DNA of 63,671 nt, counting the filler, from Octopus bimaculoides (taxonomy: Eukaryota): NCBI RefSeq assembly GCF_001194135.2. It is 8 parts of 6 records of this genome, joined end to end, with 100 filler letters (N's around TTAATTAATTAA, not from the genome) between each part and the next. Parts side by side here need not be neighbours in the genome. Positions count along the whole stretch, not along the records: positions 1 to 14,876 come from NC_068983.1; positions 14,977 to 28,311 come from NC_068987.1; 6 more parts are not named here. One strand, written 5' to 3'. Below the pieces are notes generated by a model. That model was not told the DNA's origin and ran no database searches. It saw nothing but the letters and a program-made list of their open reading frames with translations. Made by a program: the position numbers and the translations under genes. Positions 13,644-23,400 of this stretch are shown here, one piece after another; within the stretch, counting starts at the first letter, position 1; each line of letters starts with the position of its first letter.

Positions 13644-13780
13644 CAGTGGTTTTCCCACGAACCCTATTTAATATGCCTATCCTTATATATATATATATAA
13701 TTTTCAATTTAGTTCACGGACCCCTAGTACTACCTTTACGGACCACCAAGGTTCCACGGACCCCAGTTTGACAACCACTG
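13644..13780. mobile_element. hAT(Charlie)-like MITE remnant
   Basis: Termini CAGTGGTT...AACCACTG, with subterminal CACGGACCCC repeats. Candidate 8-bp TSD is AGCTAGAG (13781-88) versus AGCTAGAC (13621-28), displaced by an (AGAC)n run. Confidence 0.6.
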
Positions 13781-14014
13781 AGCTAGAGATTCATTTCGTC
13801 ACTACGTCGACTTTCGTTTTGAAGCTTCATATGATTTTAGCCTATTTCTTATTGATCAGATGTTTCGTTGTTGCATATCATTATATATCTCATATATGTT
13901 GCTCAGTACTATTGAACATATAAAATAATAACATCACGAAATCATCGATGAAAACTCGTAATAATCTATCGGACCACGATGAAGTTCTTTTAATGAATTT
14001 TGGTGAAATACTAA

Positions 14015-14227
14015 TAATTCTACATTATTTACAGTATTTACACTATTTACATTTGATGGATATTTGTCCTCATCTTTTTTGTTGTTAACACGTTTCGACT
14101 GAAACACCCTCCAGCCTTCATCAGGTGTCATGGGGAAATTTCGAACCTGGGTTCTTATTCCTAAGGTATTTTTCGATGTCATTATTATTATTATCATTAT
14201 TATTATTATTAGTATTAGTATTAGTAA

Positions 14228-14297
<70 letters not shown>

Positions 14298-14299
14298 TG

Positions 14300-14330
<31 letters not shown>

Positions 14331-14412
14331 GCTGCTGCTGTTGTTATTCAGGTTGTTATTCCTGGAATCGAACTCGGAATGTTGGAGTTAGTAGCCCACG
14401 CTCATAACCACA
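14015..14412 (-). mobile_element. tRNA-headed SINE (family D) with internal microsatellite and Penelope-pLTR-derived 3' tail
   Basis: Minus strand reads GTGGTTATGAGCGTGGGCTACTAACTCCAACATTCCGAGTTCGATTCCAGG (tRNA A/B-box like), then (AAC)n(TAC)n(TAA)n, then a tail ending CTGATGAAGGCTGGAGGGTGTTTCAGTCGAAACGTGTTAACAACAAAAAAGATGAGGACAAATATCC. The tail is homologous to 61709-61774. Confidence 0.7.
14085..14129 (-). ncRNA. Type-I hammerhead ribozyme core (this copy apparently lacks the cleavage triplet)
   Basis: GACAC-CUGAUGA-A-GGCUG/CAGUC (stem II)-GAAAC-GUGUU. The homologue at 61757-61772 reads GAAACGUUGUGUU, so ~3 nt are deleted here. Confidence 0.6.
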
Positions 14413-14453
14413 TGATTCCGAGTTCGATTCCAGGCAGTGACCTGAAAAATAAC

Positions 14454-14522
<69 letters not shown>

Positions 14523-14524
14523 TA

Positions 14525-14860
14525 ATTCGTTTTATTGGCCACAACAAAAAATATCGATTAAAAACATATAAGGACAAAGACAGGACGAAGGTTACAAAAG
14601 GTTTTGTCCGAAAAGGTAGGAAAGTTCGTCTATACAGAGGAAGAAAACGGAGAAAGATATAATAAATAAATAAATAGATAAATAAATAGATAAATAAATA
14701 AGTAGAACTCCCAAAGGGTGAGGCGCTTCGAAAAAGGAAAGGTTACACGTGGAAAAACCCATAAAACCACGGGAGCCTGGTCAGAAAAAATAAGAAAGTG
14801 GTATAGAGCCCTTTCTCCTTTTACATTACCTTTTTTTTTCTACAGGTGTATTCTCAGAAT
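14525..14860 (-). mobile_element. Probable 3' UTR end of an L1/Tx1-like LINE
   Basis: Minus strand is pyrimidine-rich and ends TGTGGCCAATAAAACGAA (poly-A signal) running into a microsatellite. A similar end lies at 58818-58890. Confidence 0.4.
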
Positions 14861-14876
14861 TGGTCCGTTTATACTG

Positions 14877-14976
14877 NNNNNNNNNNNNNNNNNNNNNNNN
14901 NNNNNNNNNNNNNNNNNNNNTTAATTAATTAANNNNNNNNNNNNNNNNNNNNNNNNNNNNNNNNNNNNNNNNNNNN
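14877..14976. other. Artificial scaffold-join spacer N44-TTAATTAATTAA-N44 (also at 28356, 44037, 48229, 51816, 58939, 62536)
   Basis: Identical 12-mer with stops in all six frames, centred in 100-base gaps. Adjacency across these joins is not base-level evidence. Confidence 0.9.
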
Positions 14977-15559
14977 CCCCCCCCCCCACACACACACGTG
15001 TATCTGTATGTGCATACACATACATAACGCTTAAAGACCTTACCTGTTTCTAATTTTCCATATTCATTTCCGGTCCTTTCAACTATTTTGTTTGTTTCTT
15101 TCACTTTCATTTTTCACATATACATACATGCATACACACTTTACTTTCATCCTGCGTACGTTTTGCATTTTACTCTTTCGCATCCTCTTCTCCAACTCAC
15201 CGTCCTCTAAAACCTGTTTCGAAAGGACACTATTCCTAACTTTCTATCATGTTTTGTTTTCTGTACATTTTACATAATTTCACCCTTGCTTCCTGCTGGT
15301 TTAAATGTCAATCTTCCCTGTTGTTTTCACATTAACACTTTAGTATTTAGGTATTAAGTGTTTGTTTGCATCGTGCTTTGATAATGTTATCGTAAAAACG
15401 TACACACACATGCGTATCTTTTGTGCGCATGTATTGGAGCAATATGTAATATAAATGTGCTTGCGATTTGTTTGTTATCGTTTTGATTCTGCAGTGTGTG
15501 TGTGTTTGTGTTAGTGTCCAAGAAATACGGTAAAGTGGCATATTCAGTAAAATGTTGGT

Positions 15560-16125
15560 CACAATACCGAGCGATATTTATGCTGAGTTCCGAGGATAAC
15601 TTTGCTTTTAAGCCTTCCTATGAAATCTCTCGAGGAGTTAGGAGATAGGTGTGAATGATGTTCAGGTTCAACATTCTTCGGTCGATGTTTGCTGGAAAAA
15701 ACAGGCGTAGAAAGAAAATTTCCTGCGGGTTGTGCCTGTAGTCCTAAGAAAAAGAGGTTTAGTTCTTGGAAATGAAACTGCATGTGATTAATAAGAGGAA
15801 GAAAGACCGTGGAGGATGGGTGAGTCTAGATGGAGAATGTATGCATCAAGTTCAATTAGATGAGTAGAACCAGTTGTAGTGGCGATAAGAAATGCAAATA
15901 GAAGTTCTTATAGACTGTTTCTACTAAAACAGATCAGATTCGGTTCTTTTTCAGCTACACTATTAATGACGTCAAGAAATGGTGTAAACGTGAAGCAGTC
16001 TCAAGACAGAGAAAGTAATGACTCAATATGAACCAAAAGCAATCAATATAGTCAGACCTGTTCATTTCTCCAAATAAAATCCTAGAACTAGCAAAACCAT
16101 TAACTTTATCTTCATACAACATTTT
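15560..16125 (-). mobile_element. Heavily decayed CR1/L2-like LINE 3' fragment
   Basis: Only scattered motifs on the minus strand (e.g. SHAVSFPRT). Frames are broken. Confidence 0.35.
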
Positions 16126-16150
16126 AATGGTGTATAATAATAATAATAAT

Positions 16151-17128
16151 AGGCTGAGAAGCTCAGGAGTCAAAGCAGAGACTGAAGGATTTTTAATTGC
16201 TGCACAAGACCAAAGCCTCCCCACCAGAAATTACCAAAAACACATAATGAAAAGAAATATAACAAGTAACTGTAGAATATGTGGAGATCGACAAGAAACA
16301 ATAAATCATATTATCTCTGGCTGCCCAGTCCTGGCTAAGAAGGAATATATTCACAGACACGACAGAGCTGGGACCTATATACACTGGAAGCTATGCCAAC
16401 ATTATGGAATAGCAACAGAAAAAAGATGGTATAAACACACGCCAGAAAAGGTCACAGAAAACGAGAAAGCAACCATACTCTGGGATATGCCAATACACAC
16501 AGATAGAGAAATTAAGGCAAATAGACCAGATATAGTTGTCAAAGATCNNNNNNNNNNNNNNNNNNNNNNNNNNNNNNNNNNNNNNNNNNNNNNNNNNNNN
16601 NNNNNNNNNNNNNNNNNNNNNNNNNNNNNNNNNNNNNNNNNNNNNNNNNNNNNNNNNNNNNNNNNNNNNNNNNNNNNNNNNNNNNNNNNNNNNNNNNNNN
16701 NNNNNNNNNNNNNNNNNNNNNNNNNNNNNNNNNNNNNNNNNNNNNNNNNNNNNNNNNNNNNNNNNNNNNNNNNNNNNNNNNNNNNNNNNNNNNNNNNNNN
16801 NNNNNNNNNNNNNNNNNNNNNNNNNNNNNNNNNNNNNNNNNNNNNNNNNNNNNNNNNNNNNNNNNNNNNNNNNNNNNNNNNNNNNNNNNNNTTAGGTATA
16901 ATAAAAAAAATATTCAGACAAATACATAACAAAAACACCAGGACTTACAAATATATATAACATACAGAAAATTGCACTACTGGGTACTGCACACATTCTA
17001 CGCAAAACACTTTCAATACAGTAAACATAAGAGCACCACAGCAAACCACAGCACATACCCAAGGCGCACAGAGCTGCGCTCGGTAGTGAAGTGAAAGCAC
17101 GTTATAAAAATAAAACTACTGAATAATG

Positions 17129-17130
<2 letters not shown>
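16151..17130 (+). mobile_element. 5'-truncated RLE-type (R4/Dong-like) LINE, subfamily A
   Basis: ORF 16127-16960: AETEGFLIAAQDQ, CCHC knuckle CRICGDRQETINHIISGC, and RPDIVVKD (PD-(D/E)xK nuclease start). 3' UTR ends in (AAT)n; 5' junction lies in (AAT)n. Confidence 0.9.
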
Positions 17131-17171
<41 letters not shown>

Positions 17172-17173
<2 letters not shown>

Positions 17174-17747
17174 CCTTGATGCAGTACCAGGCAGTGGCTC
17201 CCATGGCTTCTGATCTAAACTGATTGGAAGAGTTATTTTGTACATTGTTTTGTCTTAGTATAAAAGGTGGGCTACACCAAATATTCTGCTCAATACCACA
17301 GATTTGCTTGTCAGTTGTTTGACCTTAACCAGTTGAGCATGTTCCTTGATGGCTGACGATATGAGCATCTCTGATCACGAGCGGAAGTAGTGGGGAAGTA
17401 TCATAGCAATGTGTTGAGAGAAATTCTTTGGGATTTGGACAATTCACCTTTGAAAACGTAGGTGTTTCGTTCAACATCCTTAGACAACTCTTATCCAAGG
17501 ACCTTTTGTGCGGGATGCGCTACTTGACATGAAAAAAAAATTCTAACTGGACCCCCACCTGCAAGGTCATGCGCTGTTTATTTTGATATGAGATCACCAT
17601 GTCGCGTACATACGGTTGTGATGCATATGCCTTGTGTACCCTTATCAGACGGGTAGTCATGATAGGTATACTGGGCTTCGTATATTTTACTCCAGTGTCA
17701 TTTTGATGTCATGCACGGCTCTCTCACTCAATAATAATAGTAATAAC

Positions 17748-17750
<3 letters not shown>
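17172..17750. mobile_element. Unclassified ~580-bp interspersed repeat flanked by (AAT)n
   Basis: Reverse-orientation partial copies at ~36110-36290 and ~58995-59175 (AAGATCAGAAGCCATGAGAGCCACTG). No ORF. Confidence 0.65.
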
Positions 17751-17809
<59 letters not shown>

Positions 17810-18615
17810 TGGATTAAGCTAGACAAAGCAAAATCCCAACACTGAATGAGGAGCTCAGGACTCAAAGCAGAGGCTGAAGGATTTTTAATTGCTCCAGAAG
17901 ATCAAAGCCTTCCCATCAGAGATCACCAAAGCACGTAATGAGAAGAAATACAAATAACTGCAGAATATGTGGTGATGGAGAAGAAACAATAAATCATATT
18001 GTCTTTGGTTGCCCAGTCCTGGCTAAGAAGGAATATATTCACAGACACGACAGAGCTGGGACCTATATATACTGGAAGTTATGCCAACACTTTGAAATGA
18101 CAACAGAAAAAGATGGTATAGGTACATGCCACAAAAGGTCATAGAAAATGAGAAAGCAACCATACTCTGGGATATGTCAATACACACAGACAGAGAAATT
18201 AAGACCAATAAGCCAGATATAGTTGTCAGAGATCATTAAGAAAAAATGCTTTCTAATAAATGTATCAATACCAGCAGATGACAACGTTTCCCTAAAAGAA
18301 ATGGAAAAACTTTCAAAATACAAAGACCTGGAAATAGAGGTAACTCGAATGTGGAATCTAAAAACAGAAACAATTCCTATCATAGTAGGTGCCTTAGGTA
18401 TAATAAAAAAAATATTCAGACAAATACAAAACAAAAACACCAGGACTTACAAATATATATAACATACAGAAAATTGCACTACTAGGCACTGCACACATCC
18501 TACGCAAAACACTTTCAATACAGTAACCATAAGAGCATCACAGCAAACCACAGCACATACCCAAGGCGCACAGAGCTGCGCTCGGTAGTGAAGTGAAAGC
18601 ACGTTATAAAAATAA
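17810..18615 (+). mobile_element. Second 5'-truncated RLE LINE subfamily A copy (frameshifted)
   Basis: NCRICGDGEETINHIVFGC and VSIPADDNVSLKEMEKLSKYKDLEIEVTRMWNLKTETIPIIVGALG. Same 3' UTR as 16960-17130. Confidence 0.9.
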
Positions 18616-19134
18616 NNNNNNNNNNNNNNNNNNNNNNNNNNNNNNNNNNNNNNNNNNNNNNNNNNNNNNNNNNNNNNNNNNNNNNNNNNNNNNNNNNNNN
18701 NNNNNNNNNNNNNNNNNNNNNNNNNNNNNNNNNNNNNNNNNNNNNNNNNNNNNNNNNNNNNNNNNNNNNNNNNNNNNNNNNNNNNNNNNNAGAAGAAGAA
18801 GAAGAAGAAGAAGAAGAAGAAGAAGGAAGAGGAGGAGGAGGAGGAGGAGAAGAAGAAGAAGAAGAAGAAGAAGAAGAAGAAGAAGAAGAAGAAGAAGAAG
18901 AAGAAGAAGAGCAACAACAACAACAACAACAACAACAAACAAAGACAACGATGACTCAACAATAACAATAAGCAGAGTGTTGTTTCTGAAGAGAGTGGGT
19001 GAGGATTAAATTTAGAAAACATCATTATCAATAACTAAATTCTATTTTTGATACGTAAATAATTTAAAATATCTATTCACTATAGTAAAATTTACAGAAC
19101 ATCAAGAAAAGCAAAAGCTTTATATAAATGTATA

Positions 19135-19188
<54 letters not shown>

Positions 19189-19714
19189 CGTGCATACATA
19201 CATACATATATATTTCAGGTTATAGTAACCTATTACAGTACACATTTTACTATTTATGAAAAAATAATGCTTCTTCTTCTATTCTTTCATTTATTTATTC
19301 ACAATGACAAAACATGAAGAAACGTAAAGAAATATTACCGAAATTGTTGGAATCTAAATCCAAGAGTCCACGAATAATGCTGATAGCTTCCTATTGGTAG
19401 TATCGCCCAGGATACGATGCTCGTCTATTATATGTAGCCTTTATTTTTAACAGCGGATGAAATTGATGTTACAATATTGGGGCAGAATTGACTATGTAAT
19501 TAAGTAGTGTTTCACAACTGCGTTATTTGGATTTGATCCCATTGTCCGAATACCTTGGCAAATGTTTTCGACATTAGCCCCGAGTTGAGAGAAAAGCTTC
19601 TGGGGTGAATATTTTGGTATACGGAAACTGTGGATTCCCGTATTTCTTGAAGATGAAGCGTGAAAGATTTGCAGCGATATACATGTAGAATATCCTGGAC
19701 TGTCTAGCTGCCAA

Positions 19715-19995
19715 CTTTGGAACAGAAGACTATGCCAACCACCGAAAAAGATTGTGTGGACATACTCCAGAAAAGGTTTCAAGAAATGACAAAACAAACA
19801 TACGCTGGGATATGCCTCTGTATACATTGGTAGAGAGATCAAGGCTAAAATGCCAGATATAGGTGTCAGCGACCACTAAGAAGAAATGCTTTTTAATCGA
19901 TATAAGAATCCCAACAGATGACAATGTAGCTCTAAAGGAAACGGAGAAAGTCTCGAAATAGGAAGATCTAAAAATAGATAACTCCAGTTGGTATA
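19715..19995 (+). mobile_element. Decayed RLE LINE fragment
   Basis: Homologous to 18070-18340 (CTATGCCAAC..., TGGGATATGCC, CCAGATATAG, GATGACAATGTAGCTCTAAAGGAAA). Confidence 0.7.
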
Positions 19996-20009
19996 GCTTC
20001 CAGTTCCAA

Positions 20010-20190
20010 GTTTCACTGCATAGTGAAACTGTATAGTACCAGGGCTGTAACACCTTGGCTTTCAACGGTCCACAACTGTTCAACATTCTGCCAAACAACC
20101 TCATAGATTTGCAGTGTTTAGATGTGGAGGTCTTCAAAAAGCGTCTTGACAAATTTTTATCCGATTTGGACCACCAAGACTTGCAGTTAA
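20010..20190 (+). mobile_element. CR1-like LINE 3' coding fragment
   Basis: NTLAFNGPQLFNILPNNLIDLQCLDVEVFKKRLDKFLSDL resembles the CR1/L2-type C-terminus (GPQLFN.LP..LR.....FK..LD.FL). Confidence 0.65.
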
Positions 20191-20439
20191 ATTCTGATCT
20201 TTGTGGATCGTAAGATGTCTTTTGAGACCATCGATTGGATCGATTTGTTCGACTAAACACTCGAATACAGTGCTCCAGCATCGCCACAAACGAATAACTG
20301 AAGCATGTTGAAAAATATTATTTACATATAAAATGTTTCGATTTTCAGAGTTGGAAAAAAAAATTATTTGACGTATTATTTGTATTACGAGCATGTGAGG
20401 TTGTGTGGTAAGAATTTTGCTTCTCATGCAAATGTTTCC

Positions 20440-23400
20440 GGTATCAATGGTCTCCCAATGTGTTCAATGGTCCGTCACTAAGTTCAATGGTCCCCCAAAA
20501 GTTCAATGGTCACTCACTGCGTTCAACGGACCCCAAANNNNNNNNNNNNNNNNNNNNNNNNNNNNNNNNNNNNNNNNNNNNNNNNNNNNNNNNNNNNNNN
20601 NNNNNNNNNNNNNNNNNNNNNNNNNNNNNNNNNNNNNNNNNNNNNNNNNNNNNNNNNNNNNNNNNNNNNNNNNNNNNNNNNNNNNNNNNNNNNNNNNNNN
20701 NNNNNNNNNNNNNNNNNNNNNNNNNNNNNNNNNNNNNNNNNNNNNNNNNNNNNNNNNNNNNNNNNNNNNNNNNNNNNNNNNNNNNNNNNNNNNNNNNNNN
20801 NNNNNNNNNNNNNNNNNNNNNNNNNNNNNNNNNNNNNNNNNNNNNNNNNNNNNNNNNNNNNNNNNNNNNNNNNNNNNNNNNNNNNNNNNNNNNNNNNNNN
20901 NNNNNNNNNNNNNNNNNNNNNNNNNNNNNNNNNNNNNNNNNNNNNNNNNNNNNNNNNNNNNNNNNNNNNNNNNNNNNNNNNNNNNNNNNNNNNNNNNNNN
21001 NNNNNNNNNNNNNNNNNNNNNNNNNNNNNNNNNNNNNNNNNNNNNNNNNNNNNNNNNNNNNNNNNNNNNNNNNNNNNNNNNNNNNNNNNNNNNNNNNNNN
21101 NNNNNNNNNNNNNNNNNNNNNNNNNNNNNNNNNNNNNNNNNNNNNNNNNNNNNNNNNNNNNNNNNNNNNNNNNNNNNNNNNNNNNNNNNNNNNNNNNNNN
21201 NNNNNNNNNNNNNNNNNNNNNNNNNNNNNNNNNNNNNNNNNNNNNNNNNNNNNNNNNNNNNNNNNNNNNNNNNNNNNNNNNNNNNNNNNNNNNNNNNNNN
21301 NNNNNNNNNNNNNCATTGAATGCAGTGAGGGATCATTGAACGCATTGGGGGACCATTGAACGCAGTGAGGGACCATTGAACTTTTGGGGGACTATTGAAC
21401 GCATCGGGGGACCATTGAACGCAGTGGGGGACCATTGAACGCAGTGGGGGACAATTGAACTATAAGCCTTGAACAAATCACAGCCTTGTGAGTGGGTAAA
21501 TAATATTTTTCAACATGTTTCAGTTATTCGTTTGTGGCGATGCTGGAGCACTGCATTCGAGTGTTTAGTCGAACAAATCGATCCAATCGCTTCTTTTTAT
21601 ACTTGTAAATTATTCCGTGACGAATCGCGAAGTTACGGGTCATAAACAAAGCAACACCACTTGCGAAGAAATGGTGGGGCACAAACACAATCACACATAC
21701 ACTGAAACATATATATACTCACACACATATGTGTGTGTATATATTCGATGGGCTTCTTCCAGTTTCAATGGTCCCTCACTGCGTTCAATGGTCCCCAAAA
21801 GTTCAATGGTCCTTCACTGGGTTCAATGCTCTACCACTGCATTCAATGGTCCCTCACTACGTTCAATGGGCCTCCACTGCGTATGGTAACAAACTTCCTT
21901 TTCGACCACAGTACTTCAGGTTCAATCTCAAAGAATGAAAATCTGGGAAATTGTCTTTCAACGCAGTGGGGAACCATTGAACGCAGTGGGGGACCCTTGA
22001 ACGCAGTGAGGGACCATTGAACGCAGTGGTGGACAATTGAACGCAGGAGGAGCATGAGGGACAGAGGAGCGAAAGAGAGAGAGATAGAAAGAGTGAGAGA
22101 GAAGAGCGAGAGAGAGAGGAACGACAGATAGAGAAGAGCGAGAGAGAGTGGTCCACAACTGCGTTCAATGGTCCACCACTGCGTTCAATGGTCCCTCACT
22201 GCGTATGGTAACAAACGTTCTTTTCGACAACACTACTTCAGGTTCAATCTCAATGAATGGAACCTTGGGAAATTATCTTTGAATGCAGTGAGTCACCATT
22301 GAACTGTTGGGGACCATTGAATCCAATGAGGGACCACTGAGGAGGAACAGAGAGAGAAGAGCGAGAGAAATATCGGAGCGAGAGCGAGAGAGAGTGAGAA
22401 AGAGAAAGAGAGAGGGAGATAGAAAGAGTGAGAGAGAGGACCGAGAGAGAGGAGCGAGAGAGAGGAGCGAAAGATAGAGAAGGGCGAGAGACAGTGGTCC
22501 ACAACTGCGTTCAATGATCCACCATTGCGTTCAATGGTCCCTCACTGTGTATGGTAACAAACGTCCTTTTCGACCACACTACTTCAGGTTCAATCTCAAT
22601 GAATGGAACTTTGGGAAATTATNNNNNNNNNNTCGACCACACTACTTCAGGTTCAATCTCAATGAATGGAACTTTGGGAAATTATCTTTGAACGCAGTGG
22701 GGGACCATTGGACGCAGTGAGTGACCATTGAACTGTTGGGGACCATTGAACCTAGTGAGGGACCACTGAACTTTTTGGGCAGTTGTACGCAGTGAAGGAC
22801 CACTGAAATTTTTGTACCGTTGAACGCAGTGAGGGACCACCAAAAAGAACAGTGGTCCCGGACTGGGGACCAGTGAATGCAGTGAGGGACCACCAAAAAC
22901 AACAGTGGTCCCGCACTCCGTTCAACGGTCCCAAAAAGTGGGGGACCATCGAACGTAGTGAGGGACTATTGAACTTTTGGGGACCATTGAACCCAGTGAG
23001 AGACCACTGATCTTTTTTACAATTGAACGCAGTGAGGGACCTCTGAACTTATCGGGACCGTTGAACGCAGTGAGGGACCACAAAAAATAACAGTGGTCCC
23101 GCACTGGGGCCCACTGAACGCAGTGAGGGAGCACCAAAAAGAACAGTGGTACCGCACTGCGTTCAACGGTCCCAAAAAGATCAGTGTNNNNNNNNNNGTC
23201 CCAAAAAGATCAGTGGTCCCTCACTGGATTCAATGGACCCCAAAAGTTCAATGGTCACTCACTGCGTTCAATGGTCCCCCACTGCGTATGGTAATAAATT
23301 TCCATTGCGACCTCACTACTTCAGGTTCAATCTCAATGAATGGATCTTTGGGAAATTACCTTTGAACGCTGAACGCAGTGAGGGACCACCAAAAAGAAAA

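Noticed and set aside
14361-14412. Functional tRNA genes (also 44101, 46263, 48791)
   Set aside because: These are tRNA-like heads continuing into SINE bodies, with no complete cloverleaf or terminator.
14921-14932. Repeated TTAATTAATTAA motif as a biological element
   Set aside because: It is always centred in 100-base gaps and is a scaffolding spacer.
17172-17235. HDV-like ribozyme at the left end of the unclassified element
   Set aside because: GGC-UCCCAUG-GCU resembles P3/L3, but I could not find P1, the P1.1 GG or P2 pairing.
22622-22700. Local direct duplications flanking 10-N gaps (also 12316, 23188, 36798, 42339)
   Set aside because: These are typical overlapping-contig (negative gap) assembly artefacts.
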